Assembly: GCA_010909165.1 (NCBI GenBank)
Contig: MU008179.1
Coordinates: forward strand, 434,001-498,000
Length of the DNA: 64,000 nt
Source of the DNA: Anthoceros angustus
Lineage: Eukaryota; Plantae; Anthocerotophyta
Reading direction: 5' to 3'
Within the stretch, counting starts at the first letter, position 1, and every line of letters starts with the position of its first letter. The position numbers and the translations under genes are program-made. Under the pieces are notes generated by a model that did not search any database, was not told the origin of the DNA, and worked only from the letters and a program-made list of their open reading frames with translations. Shown piece after piece: positions 12,604 through 26,299 of this stretch.

Positions 12604-13469
12604 CCCTAGAAAAGGGCACCCCTATATTCTGATCGATGTTGCAATTTTTTGTTACACTTCCACATTGCAACATGTTTTGGAGGGTTGGTATTAAGTTTGT
12701 TAGTTCTGTCCCGTTTGGTGCGCCATCTTAACACGAACACGCACTCTCTCTTCCCCCTCCCCTTGGTACACCCCTCTCACAAGCATTGTTAATAATTTCC
12801 CACCTTGTTACGATCGTGTTGCAATTTCACTTCCAACTTCGCATGGTTTGATGGCTTGGTGTTAAGTTGGTCCATTCTTTCTCTTCCTTCTCCCACCATC
12901 CTAACACAATGCTTGGTCTCTCACTTCATGTACCACTTCAAAATTGCAACACTTTATGGTGGCTTGGTGTTCAAGGTGTCCTTTTCTTATCCACTTCTCA
13001 CCCCATCTTAACACAATACTTGGTCTCTCTCCTCTCCTCACCCTCCTATTTATTGCCCCCTTATCACACCCTTTTATACTCTTTCACTTCTCCTCCTCCT
13101 TCATGGTGAGAAGGACCTCCCCTATCACGCCATTTTATACTCTTCCACTATTCCTCTTTCAACTTGCTTGTTACAATGACCTCTCTCTCGCTGTCCTTCC
13201 TTCCTTTTACCTCCTTTGCATATACTCAATATACATATATATGTTTGTAGGCTTCAAGACATAAGTATGTATGCGTTTATATGTACACATCCATCTGTTA
13301 TACTTCTATTATATTAGTGTATTTACATGCCTCTTTGTATACGTATACGTCGTATATAGGCATCAAGACTTGTTTATATAATAATATATATGTGCTAACC
13401 CACGTCACTCTCACCTTACATATCTAAGTGTTTGATTTTATTGACAATTTAAATCAAATTTTTGGACAC

Positions 13470-15900
13470 TTCAATCGTCCTCTATCCCTTGCACCTTTGT
13501 TTCCACCGATGCAATACGAACTCCACGTGATATGGGCATATGCGGTGCACCACCAACATGTGCCTCGAATCAAGCGACACGCCACTTGGTGACTCTTGGA
13601 CCAACACCAATGGTTTCGTGGTTCCTCCACATCTTCCTACACCTATCCAAATGACCTCTATAACCACAATTACAATTTGCAATGTCAATGCTAGGTACCA
13701 ACCATTCCTATGTCACTTGCGCCACACCCTTCTCGCCACCATCCCACCTCACTCCTCTTGCAGCTTCAACACCGTTGTCTTTGCTTGACCCTCTTCGCCA
13801 AGACCTCCTCGCTTCCCTGGTGTGGTCCACCTTCCGTGGTGGCATTCGACCCACTAGCCTCAATGGCTAGCCCTTCACCCCGGCCCCATAGGCTGCCAAA
13901 TCACCACTTCCACAATGCAGCAAACGAATAGCATTCAATCTCTCGATCCGGGTTGCCACCCTACTCACGCTTTTGACACGGATCGTGTGATACGCCTCGG
14001 TAACGCCATCACACCTCCGGGATCCCCACCATCCACGTTGCCTCCGGCATCACTTGACGGTGACGCCCCCTGCTTGGCACCTTCCTCCATCTTCCTTCTC
14101 TCCACCGGGGTTCAGGCCTTCCTTCACGACTGGCCTTCACCTTCCACCTTCCCTTCCCTTCTTCCCCGCAACATGCACACGCATCACCACACTCCACGCC
14201 CCTATAGCGAAACCTACATATCACAACCAAGCATTCCATTAACCGTCGACTATTTTACCACTCCAAGATTCTAAGATGTCGTCCAATCCATGCCTTGCTG
14301 CCCACTTCAACTCATCCAGGTTGCGCCCTCCCGTTGGACATACCGTTTTCGAACTCCTTTGCTCCTCTGGACCAAAGGGATTCGTCCCATGCTCGGCTTC
14401 TTGCCGACGCTTCTTTGTGGTGTTGGCCACACACCCCATGCGAACGTCACCACGGCTTGCTGCCCTTTCTCCATGCCTTCGTGCTCACATTAGGCGGATG
14501 CAACCATTTTGCATCCTTCCCTTCTCCTCCACTGCGCTTGCCGCACCTTCTTGCCCACATTGTGGTTCCTTGTCCGCGATGCACCGCAAACCGGCCACAA
14601 TATCCTCGCCTATACTTGCAAACTCATACTCTACCTTCCTCACCGCCTTCTCGCAAACTTTCGTCGTGGCTCGACCATGGCACCATCACTCCATTTTGCA
14701 CACACTAGCTCCAACACACGCGGTGGAAGGCCTTCCTCACTCGTCCTTCCTCATCGGACGACTCTTCATCCTCCTCCTCATTCTCTATCCACCCTCCATC
14801 GCATAAGCTCACGCCATGTACACGCCACCACGCCCATGTAGCACACACGGCTATGACATCTAATGGCTTACCGGCCAGTGCTCTCAATTCTCCAATTTCA
14901 TGCGGCAATGTAGTCGGCATGTCTTCCTCGACCTCATCCGCCATCTCCACATCTTCCTCCTCGCTCCCGCTCTCCCCATCCTCGCCCGCGGTGTCCTCCT
15001 CTCACCGCCCTCCTCACCATCATAGGCATGCGCTCCTTGGCCCTCCTCCCGCGCGTCCACCAGACCAGTCTCCACTCCCACTGCGGAGTCTCCTCCCCTC
15101 AAAGGCTCCCTCCGCCACGTTGTTGGGGTTGTCCGTCGCCACCGCGAAGGTCCACAAAACGTGCCATCTCTCTCGGCACCGGTCACCCTCTTGTGCACCA
15201 CCACCATGCTCCTCAAGTTGGACACGCCCTCAAGCTCCAGACTAAGGCCAATGTCCTCGTTCCCTCGGATGTCGGCCTGGCATCCTCCTCGCGACTTTTG
15301 GAATCTCTCCTGCAAGCAGTGTAGCGTTAGCTCCCCACTGTTGGAGACACCCTCCACTTCCGGCTTTCGAGCGCCCGCCTCTTGGCCAGACTCCACTCTG
15401 TGAAGGTTCTCCCCTCCTCCTCCTCTCGCCGCTTCCTCCACGCCATGGGCATCCACCCTCTCCAGTGGAATCGGCTTTCTCACGACCGCGCCCACCTCAC
15501 TTGCGCTTCCACCATCCCGTGTGCTTCCATCCGGTTGGGCGCTTCTCGCTCTGCGCCAAGTCCCTTGCTGTGGACCATTTTCCGGCTTCCGGCCTCCCTC
15601 TCGGCGGCATGGCGCAACGGCGATGGGCCCCTCTCCTCCTTCCGCGGCGGCGTTATGGGCGACATCCACGCGGATTGGCGGCGTTTGTTCGAGCTTAAGC
15701 GGCGGCAAATCCTCAAAGTCAACGTCCCAAACCATGGTCGAGGAAGGCCAACCGAGTCACTGCACATGCACAACGATAACCGCGACAAAGTGAACAGGAA
15801 CTCGGCGATGGATGGCACGAGGGAGGTGAGGTAACCTGTGGTGATGGGGAAGAGGGGCAAGAGGAGGGGGGGAGGCGAGGCGAAGTCCTAGGGCATGCCA
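13470..15900 (-). pseudogene. Frameshifted ORF of unknown function, copy 2
   Basis: Colinear with 762-3230 and includes the 283-aa ORF at 14884-15735. Confidence 0.45.
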
Positions 15901-16054
15901 CCGGTGCCTCATGCATGCTTTTCCCGGGCACAAACTCGGAGTTTGCGCCCACCACCTATAGTGTACATGTGGCATTCACATGCCTAAAACATGCACAACG
16001 GCGATTGTCCACCACACCTCTCGTGCACATATGGCATCCATGCATGTATATATA

Positions 16055-16815
16055 GGCATCCCGTGATGACGATTTTCGTAATCCAAGGACAAATTTAGCC
16101 CATTATGGATTACCATATCCTCATCGAGGAAAATAATTTCCCTTTGCTCATGCGCATTTCGTGGTCCAAGGACAAAACATTCATTATGTATGGTCATTTC
16201 GTGACCCAAGGACAAATGTTCTCATTCTCATGACCATGCGAGTCAATTTTGGCCATTCCGATGACCATTTCGAAGCCAAGGACAAATGTTTCCCATTATG
16301 GAAGATCATTTTGTTCGAAGGACATTTAATTTGCCATTGTTCATTACCATTTCGTGGTCCAAGGACAATACATTTTGCCATCATGAAGTCAATTCGTGAC
16401 CCAAGGACAAATGTTCCTCATTCGTCATGACCATGTCTCATGTCCATTTTTTGCCATCAATGACCATTTCATTAGACATGAATGTTTCCATTGTGATGAC
16501 CACGTAAGAATGACAATTGGTTGACATGGTTGATGACCATTCTCCATTGACATACTTTTGCCATTTTGATGGTACAAGGACATGGATCAGAATACGTCTG
16601 CCATACCACGGACCAGCAAGGACAAATTTTTTTTTATTGCCATTTCTGCACAAGGACAAATGATTCTGTAGAATATTCCTCATCCAAGAACTTTTCATTA
16701 ATCATCCCCATTCGACCCAAGGACAAGTGTTCGAATGGCCATTTGTCCTGTGAATGCCCATGTGTGGAGGAAGGGAAGAGGAGAGGAGGAGACTGCATAT
16801 GCCCGGACCATGCAT
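16055..16815. repeat. CCAAGGACAAA repeat array, copy 2
   Basis: Same motif array as 3345-4115. Confidence 0.85.
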
Positions 16816-19599
16816 GTGTCATTTGATATATTATGCCCTTCTGATACCACATGCTTCCGATCCCATGCCATCTGTCCCACATTATGTAACTTGTCTCCAC
16901 GGTGGCATTAAGCTTAATAAGGTGAAAAAGATTGTGGCATGGCATGGTAAAACATGCCATGTGATGGTCGGCACCTTGACGCTCGTTCGTGATCTACTTC
17001 ATCTTCTACACCATTGTGCAAGGACGGTAGGTGGCACGTGAGAGCCATTCAAGCAAACTAAATGCCCCCATTCATTATGCCATGAATGAAGGACCGTCAG
17101 TATGTGAATTTGCCATATATATGCCAATTCGCGTTCTATATAATGATGTGCATCGTTCGAGACTCCTCATGCCTCCACCAATCAATGGCGTAAGCGTGTC
17201 ATGTATTCACACCTTGGGAGGGCCAGGTGACTCGGCGTCACGTCACTGCCGCAAAGGATATCCGGACCTTGGGAGACATGACATCTACCCGTGTTCCGGC
17301 TCCTCTTGCGGCCCGCCCGCCCCCCATGAATTTACCGCCGTCCATTGACGGCGCGCCATGAGACTGCCATGTCTCCTTTTCTCACATGTGACGGCTGAAA
17401 TTCAAGATCCTCTCATCCGCAACCCGATGTGGCACGGTGGACAGGGGACAAGAAATAAATGGTGTTCCGCTTTAAATGTCACCACCTTGCCCTTTCACGC
17501 TACTACCTTTGTTTTGGTCATCTTGCATCCGGCGAGCTTGTCTTCCGGTGAAACACGCCTCTCGCTCTACCTTGTGCCGTCTATGGCGGACATGTGCAAG
17601 TATGCCGCAACGAGCTTTCGAAACCACCGTGGGTATCCGGTAGCTGACGGGCGTGTGTGCATGTCTCCATCTTCGCCGGAAAATCAGCCGATGGCCATCA
17701 AGGATCATATGGGAATGTTGGGGCGGTGTCCCCGCCACGGCGTGTCATCTCCTTTGCTATCCCCTCCGTCTTCCGTTCGGTGGCGGTGGTTCCTTCTACT
17801 GCTGCGGGCATGGTGTTGGTGACCGCACGGTATGGATTGGGGTTCGGTGGGCGCGCATGTGAACACTTTTGTTTGGCCCTTTTCTCCAACCTAAACGTGT
17901 ATACATTTGTGGATCATGTTGAAGTGTTTGCACATCGTTGTTGCTGGTCTTTGAAGCCGTGATGGCCATCAAGGGCGAGGCTGCGGTTCCACTGTCAATG
18001 GCGATGGCCATCAAGGATGATGGACGGAGGTTGCTCTCCTCTTGTCGGCCATCAAGGACCGGTATGGAGTGCCGCCGCCGCTCTTCTTGTCTCGGATCCG
18101 GCGTCGTCGTGTGACTAGGGACGGTTTATACCTCACAATGTGGGGTATATGATTACCGTAATTAAGCGTTGGGATGGGAAAGTCTTCTTCTTTGATCACT
18201 ACGTGTACTTCTCATGTCACCCAATATAAAACTCGATGACACTCATGCTTGGCGGAATGGATGGGTATGGTTTGGTGCCCGTTCATACCGTTGACGGACA
18301 TGACAAGTCACCGTTGCGCGTCCCTCCGAGTCACGTAATAAACAAAGTATGGTGATTGGTGCTATAGCTCTTTGTCTCCTCCTCCTAGATGCACAAGGCA
18401 TTCTCTAGATTCGGTGCATACCTCGATGGAAATCAAGGATTGCGGTCGCGCAAGCCTCGGAAGTTGAAGGCGAGGAGATTGAGAGAGAAGGTAAGGTAGA
18501 TGTACACCACCCTCCCGTGGACCGATCCGGCCCCGGGTGATGCGAAGGAAAGGAAAGTGGAGGAGCAATCGCTGTGGCGGCGACGGCATCCGGGCGCGAC
18601 GAGTGCCAGCTCCAAGCCACATTTCCTCCATGGGAAGAAGAGGCCGCATTCAGCTACAATTTACAGAGGCCACGATCCAAGGAGGAGGTTGCGAATTGAG
18701 TCGCTGCTTTTGGATAGAACAAAGCTGGATGTGGGGCTTCACCTCCGGCGGCCGTGGCTCAAGCCACACTTCACAAGAATGGAATTGGGATGCGTTGGAC
18801 GAGGAGGCATGGAGCACTCTGCGCGGGTTATGCCCTTTTACGAGAATGGCGCACGCAACATGGGAGCTTCTGAGACTTTGAGACAATGAGCTCAACACTA
18901 TTCCTTGCGTAGATGAAGTGGACATGAAGGAGGTTGTTTACACCAAGGGGAAGGCGCCTCCTCCACGTTTTTCTATTTGCTTGCAAGCTTAGGGCGATCA
19001 AGGCCGTTGTCGAACTTGCATTGTGTGTAATCAACTTTAAATCAAAACACGCATCCCCAAATGCAATGACTACGTGTCAACCATCTCGACCGTTGGTGCC
19101 GACCACCAAGCTAGCCGGTAGCACATCCTCCCTTTCCATTGCGGTCACCCCTACACTCGCCCAACTCCGCCCGTCGGGTGAGTCCTACGCTTGACATAAC
19201 GCCGGCCCCACTCCGCTAGCTTGCCGCACCGTGAACGCGTGCATCGTCAACCGCGTGCTCGCGCCGCCCAATGAGTTGGGATTGGAAGGCGGTGGTGGCC
19301 TGGGTCGCGCAAATTCGCTGCTCATGTCCGGCGAGGTTCGAGTTCTTTATGCATCGTCGTGCATCTCGGCGTAGCCTTTGCCCGATCGGCCGACTTACCC
19401 TCCAGGTGTCATCACGGGCGGGATCTCCATAGCGGTGGCGTTTGTGCTTCCGTCCATGGTTTACGCAAGCGTTCCAGTCCTACGTTTATGCGTGTTTATG
19501 GGTCATGAAGTCATGATAGCACGGTGGGGGCGGGGCGTTACGGATGTACCACCTGCTCGCGTGGTTGCCGTGCCTACCGGATCACCACAGGAGGATGCC

Positions 19600-21730
19600 A
19601 CGAAATCACGGATCGGTGTACATGTATTGTCCGCCGCTGTCGAGAGCTCGCGAGCTCGTATTCACACATTTCAAGAATTCACTGCGCCACTCCGAGCACC
19701 GCGCCGTGAGTTCTCTCGCATCAATGCAAATGCACTCCAATTCTAGCTTTAAGGTGGCTTTTTTTTGGTCGGCGAGACACGAGCGGCATAGAAGAGCGGC
19801 CGTCTTGACGGCGTCTCCCCCAGGATTCGGATACGGGCTCGAGATGCAGCGGGGGAACCGTGGCCATCCTACACTAGTAGTTCCGACGACGAAAGTATGG
19901 ATGAGGTTCGAGGTGATGATATGCGGCGCGCATGGGCGAGTTCTTTGGAAGCCACGGATGTTGCGATAGCGGCGGGGATGGAGTCCAGCGGCTTGTCGAG
20001 CGGGCGAAACGTTATACCACATTGAAGAGGAAGTCCAATCGAAGAAGCGGCTAAGCGCCACCTTTGTTGTTCTGTGTGGCAAACGATGTATGACATCGAT
20101 GGCGTCGGCGTAACATCACTTTTAAAGCTCTTAAGTGTGGATATTTTGCGATTCGAACAAGTAGAAGGACATGTACGAGGCAAAGTCGATGTTGCACATG
20201 TTTGGGCCAAGATACGTGAAAATCCATGCTTGTGAAAAGATTGTATTCTATTCGGGTGAGTACGCGGCAGCGTCCATTGCCCCTGGCAGTACAAGGAAGG
20301 GTTTGATGAGCGAGATTTGTTCCCAAGGTCCTCGGCATTTCCTCAAGACGCGATTGAAACGCATGTTGAATAGGAATAATGATGACTTGGTATGTCGGGA
20401 GGCAAAGCGAGAATGGGGACATGTCCATGATGGCGAACAACATGGAGAGTATTTGATGCGATTGAAGGGTTCGGGATGAACCTCGCAACTTGAGGTTGGC
20501 ATTATGCAGCGCGCTTCAACCCCTTTGGTCACAGTGCATCACGTCCATATGGCCAGTTATGCTGTTATTCACAACATGCCTCCACAGGCTTGCACAAAGG
20601 ACGCCCATGTCATCATGCCTCTCATTGTACGGGCATGGTAAAAATTTTGATGTTTATATGGCGCCCTGGTAGAAGAACTGGAAGAGTTGTGGAGAGGGTG
20701 GACATGGAAGACTTTTCAATACCGTGAACGATCCTAGGAGGCATTTTAGGTGCAGCGGTCTTGAAACGTCATTGCCGACTACCGAGGTTGGGCACCGGAT
20801 TGCAAGTGAAAGGGACCCGGCGTGTGTGGATTGCTCGGACTGGATTCCCTATTCTCATCAATTAAAAAGCGGTTTATGTTGGCAGAGGTGGTTGCCCGAT
20901 AGCGGACGGTGGGAAGACATGGGTACGATGGATGATGCGGAACTCCGCCACCCAGCCACCAACGCGTTTGATGATGTGGTGAAGATGTAGTGCAGAGAAG
21001 GTGCGCCACCGCCGAGATCCGTGAGGAAATTTTGGAACGCGGATGTCTTCTCTTTAGGGTGCTCCCATATTGGCGTCACCTTCTTGTGATGGCGCCAAAG
21101 GATGTCATGCACGTGGAAAAGAACAATGCGAGGCCATATGGCACACTTTGGCGAGGCGAGGCGACCTAGCATCAAGGATGGACATGGAAGCCAATGGAGG
21201 GAAAAGGTGGTTGTGGCGGTAGGGAGGCGCCATTGCCCGGCGTCTTACGTTTTGGACGACCTCCGTCAAGTCATAGAGAATTAAACGCATAAAGCTGCCC
21301 ACGGGATATGGGTCTAACATAGGAGCGAAATTAGAGGGGGCAAAGTGGCAAGAAGTGCCATGATCGCACATCATGCTGGAAATCATCTTCCCATCGCCCT
21401 TCGGGGTATAGACCCGTGAGGTGTACAAGGCGGTTGTGAAATTTCGTCAGACAGATGGATTTGCCACGGACAATACCGCCATGAAATTCAAGCACAACGA
21501 GAAGAGGTCATGGGTGATGTGCTCTTTGAAAAGCAATTCCTCCAAAGGTCTTTGATATATCAACCACCCTCATAATACATTTAGTGGACGTAGGTGGTCG
21601 ATTGGGCCCGGCACACCGTGGATGTACCGGTGGATGTACCGGCTTACATCGATGGTCCATTGTGTAGCCCTAACTATCTACAAGTCACAGCTGCCCGGAG
21701 GATCATCTACTTCAACCAAATTAACCTTGA
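19600..21730 (+). pseudogene. CACTA TnpD transposase remnant, copy 2
   Basis: SVYMYCP, YVKIHACEK, KNFDVYMAPW, DVMHVEKN and GPAHRGCTG/WMYP motifs, colinear with copy 1. Confidence 0.9.
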
Positions 21731-22017
21731 ACTGCACTGCTTTACATTTTCAAAGTCGCCTTTCCGTGTCACCAAAGTCATCACCTTCAACCAAAACAAA
21801 ACGCTGGAGCCTCTGTTCATGCGGTGGTAGTGTGCCGTTTTCATCCCATATCACACTGCTAACTTTCTTCAAGCGGCGGTCATTCCCGAGGTCCGGTGCA
21901 GGGAGTCCTTCATTCGACCCTTCTTTCCAAGCAAGCTATACACTTGTATTTGTATCAATGCCACCGCTCAGACGATCTTCTTTGCCCAAAACTTTCCAGG
22001 GCCCCGCGAAAACTTAT

Positions 22018-22900
22018 TCAAAGTATTTTCTTGAACTCATCGGCTGCCTCCAACCCGTTGACTCTTTGCAACATATACATTGAGCATCATGCGTATTTGT
22101 CAATGGCCACAACGTTCCTTTGAATCTGAATTCTTGCCATCAAAAATGACCCTGATCCTGCAGACAAAGGCCAATAACGATCGTCTTTGTTGGAGAACAT
22201 GTTCACCAACATGCCCAATAAGCCCAAAGGTTTCTGATATGGAGATACGACCATCTTATAACCAGTGTGGTAAATGAGCTTCTTCACCACGCCCATGTCG
22301 GATAACTCTTGGGAGCACCTGTTTGTTGTCTTTCCTGGCGAATAGAGGAGCGTTTCCAACATTGGACTCTATATTCACCGCTTCACCTGCAGTATTCTGC
22401 TTCACGACCACCTAGGTGGGATGTTAGTTTTCTCCATACCTGTAGGTTTGTATGACTCCTTCTCCACACCACGACCTCAAAGCCTCCCTAGCAATCACCC
22501 CTCCACTCCATGCATCAACTATACTCCCGGAACACATTGCTAGTGTTTCTTCTCGTTGAAAGAGCGATGAGCTCTCAATTCTTCAACGAACGGCTTGTCA
22601 TTCTCATGTCGTCAGAACCCTCGAGGAGGTCGCAGGATAGAAGAGAAAGTATACCTCCTATGGCAAGAATCCTTTCATGTCCAAAATATCGCGATGCACT
22701 ACCTGGTATGCAACTTTGTCGGAAGACCTCGGAACTCCCGAACTTTCAAGCCACCGCATCCATGTCCTTGTCGCCATTCGCTTGGCGCTCTTCTTCCATG
22801 CATTTCCAATTCACACGCTATACAAAATCTCAAATGGTTTTGGGAACACAGTGGTCGAGACCTACTTGAGCGTAGTGGAGTCGCGGTCGGCGCATCAAGA
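22018..22900 (-). pseudogene. Beta-class N4-cytosine/N6-adenine DNA methyltransferase (N6_N4_Mtase-like), disrupted as assembled
   Basis: Frame VSPYQKPLGLLGMLVNMFSNKDDR...AGSGSFLMARIQIQRNVVAID (22087-22250) fits the QKP..L...L...S..gD.VLD.F.GSG.T...R..ig.(D/E) signature. Upstream are a VWRK element (~22430) and an IL.(D)PP.G-like candidate catalytic motif (~22615-22640). Confidence 0.72.
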
Positions 22901-25559
22901 AGGCGCCCATGGGGAATAAAACAAGAAGGAGGCGCGGCCACCAAGGCGCGGCATTCTTGATGCGGTGACCGGCAGAGAAAGTGGCCGGCCGATCTGACAA
23001 TATAGAGTTGAATATTCACTTACCATTAGCGAATCTTGTTTGAAATTTCGCCAAGAATATAATAATTTTGAAGGTGAATAATCTCAAGGGGTTTTCATAA
23101 ATAATCTCGAAGGGGGTTTGATGGGCCCTAAAACAGCTTTTGAAGGCATTGCGAAAAGACCTAAAAAAAGGTGTCACCCAAGAAAGTTACTACTTTCCAT
23201 CCGGCAATGTTTGTGTATCGAATGGTGGTCACAAACTCGAACCTCACGGAATAATGCAAAGTAAGGAACGGTGAGGAAGGCCCTCACGGAAGGGGCTGTA
23301 AATTAGCTTTGGAGGAAAATGTGGTTTTGTTATGACACCACAAAAGCCACTTGTGGTATTTCCCTAACACAAGAATATCAAGAACTGACTTACAACATTA
23401 ACTGGGGACCGGAAAACGAGATTTCAACACTCATCCCCGTAGTTCAATCCTTCGTCATCACTTGGTCGACTTCCCTCCATTGTCATCATTATCTTCGCCG
23501 CACTTTGACCTCGCAGTTGTAAGCCACGCGCAACTCGCAGAGCTTATCCCTTATCGCTTTTGTCCAATCATACGATGTTTCGGAGGAGTACCCCACACTG
23601 GACCGACCAAATGCTGGGCTCGATTTGACTGATTGCTTCTAAGGTTAGCCTTCATTCCAAGGTTGCTTCTAAGGTTAGCCCACTGACTTTCGACGGAGTG
23701 CCACGCATGTGGGTGCGGGAAGGAGGGCCACAATGGGCATGCGGAGGGAGGGCGCCGCCGCCGGCGCCTCCGCCTGCTCCACCCGCTTGGGCATAAGGCT
23801 GGTGGTAGGAGGGAGAGCGCCCGGCCTACCGGGCGCCTCCTAGCACCATCGTCGGCAAAGGGAGGGAGCTAGGGAGGCGCCGTGGCGGCTCCTCCTCCCA
23901 AGATGCCCTCGGGTCATGGGCGCCGGCCTGCCGTGCCCAACACGCCCGCCCGCATGGCTGGCCGGGCCGCGCCTCCCAAGACATTTCCATGGGCTGCCGG
24001 CCGCCCCTAGCACCCCGTTTATAGGCGCCTGTCGCCATGCCCCTAGCACACCGTTATATACGGCGGCCGGGCCCTTCAAAGACGCCTCGGCCTGGCCATT
24101 GGCGCCACCAACACGCCATGCCTTGCCCATGCACTACTAGGAAAACGGGCCATTATAGGGCCTTTTTTAGTGGGAGATTTTGTGCTCAAGTCGACGATAA
24201 CGGCTTGGTTTCATGGATTATTTTCAGATAGCCATTCATATTGCTGTGGAGCCAAGAGCCACTACGTATTTAGCCATTGGCTATTCGAAGGACGTGGCAT
24301 AACGAAAGCTACTTTTAATACTTAGGGCTCTTCCGGTTGCAACACGCATAGATCCGATCAATGACTTTACAACAATGAATGTGCTTTATAACAACGCATA
24401 GTAAACACCATCACGCCTGCTTACAACGATTTTCTTTTACAACGGCCCATGGTCTACTTACAATGGGAAGTGGTTTACAACGCATTGTCAAGTTTTACAA
24501 CGGGCTTTTACAACGCAGACATACATATACAACAACACGCTTTACAATGAGGATCAAAGGTATGTGAGCATTCATGCATATGGTATAGGGTTTGAGGAAG
24601 GGTTCAGAACTCGAATGAAAAGGTGGCGCTTTATTGAGAGAGACGTGCTCACCCAAAAACTATGGGTCGGTCACCAAAACAAACACAACATCAACACCGA
24701 ATTAGCACAACAAAACGGGATGGCGACGATCTCACTCGTAATCTACGGATGCGGACGCTGCCAGTCCCGCCTCCGTGCATCCTCTCCTCACCCACCACAC
24801 GCCAATTCCGGTGTTCAATGCCAACCACCTTCTCCAATTCGCCACAAGGAGGTGGTAGCCGTGAAAATCCTCAGCCTGTGCACCCTTCCATTTCCTAACA
24901 TCCGTCCGATTGGCAAACCGCACCTCCTCGCACACGCCTAGCTTGTCAACGTGTTGTGCACCGCATGACGCCAGATATTGGTGAGAAAGGGAGCCGGCTT
25001 GTCGATAAGAGCAGCTCTTTCGGTCGCCCTCAAAATTGCGATCCCATGACCAAGTTGAAAGCCATAGCGCTAGCTTTGCTTCCCTTCCACAACCAGAGCC
25101 GCAAGACAAAGAAAAACCGTGGAACCCATAATCGAAATGAGAATTGAGCATAAGCGCACACGCACAAGAATCAGAAACGAGTTCTCAAAGATGCAACTTT
25201 CCCCAAAGCGCGAGATCTATAACACTACCTCTACAACACTACAAATCGGCACACAACCGATCGGAAAACTCTGGTCGCTGCAATCGCAAGGTGGGCGACA
25301 CGATCTCCGATCAGAAATGAATGAACTCACAACAGTGAAGTGGCTTGAAGGCAATGCCCTTTTGTTGCCGATTAGGCAAATGAGAGGCCGCCAGTGTCTT
25401 GGACCTCGAGTACATTCGCATGCCGCAAGACATGGTCCGGAAGCCAAGTTCAAAATGACTAGTCGAAAAACTCAACATCAACTGGTCATGGCCAAGTACC
25501 ACAAAGTTTATGACCAAGAGGATATGTATTTGACCGAGATGATATGTATTTGATCGTAC

Positions 25560-25860
25560 TCTGCCCAAGACCCAAGGAACCCTAAACCATGGTCCGAAAC
25601 TAGAGAAAAGCTAACTCATGTCCGAACCCAAGGAACCGTAGAAACCATGTTCCTAAACCCAAAGTGTTAACACTAAACCATTTTTCCAAACCCAAGGACT
25701 ACTCAAATCATTGAGTTTAACACTACAAAACCCAAGGACAATGGGGAAACCCATTTCCAGCATTTATAGCCCAAAGGTCACGAACCTCAAATGAAATCAT
25801 GGCCAATATTATAAATCAAACCCCAAAACCCAAGGACATGGGGAAAACCCACAAGCATAG
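25560..25860. repeat. Imperfect tandem ACCCAAGGA...AAACCA repeats inside the nested CACTA
   Basis: acccaagga(a/c) recurs about 5 times at 25568-25840. Confidence 0.7.
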
Positions 25861-26299
25861 CGTTTCAACTTATCCTTGGGTTTCAAAACTCGTAACTACG
25901 TTAGGTTAAATATTCAAATACCAAGCTCAATGCGGCTATAAATGCGTGAATAATGCATGTAAATTAACCTCTCAAAAATAGCCACACGAGACATCGGAGG
26001 AGAAGTGTTCTTCGAGAGAATGCGCTGGAAATACATGTCTTCGCCAAGATGTAAAAGCACCGTAAAAGGGCCCCGTACGCCATCTGCTGCCAGGCATGGA
26101 CTAAGGGAGAGAGTACCGAGACATCTATGAACGCGTCCGCACACCGCCTCTTGTGGTCGTGGATATACCACGTCCATCCCGCACCGAGGAGCGCAAATGC
26201 AGAAGAAGACGGACAAGTGTGGTAAAGGCAAGTTTAGGGTCAAGGTATGCATGAGGCGTTGTTCTTTCTCCGTGGGCTTTTCATTCATGTGTTTGTGTT

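Noticed and set aside
23158-23180. CCTAAAAAAAGGTGTCACCC resembling the CCCTA terminus
   Set aside because: Too many mismatches, and no partner end or TSD.
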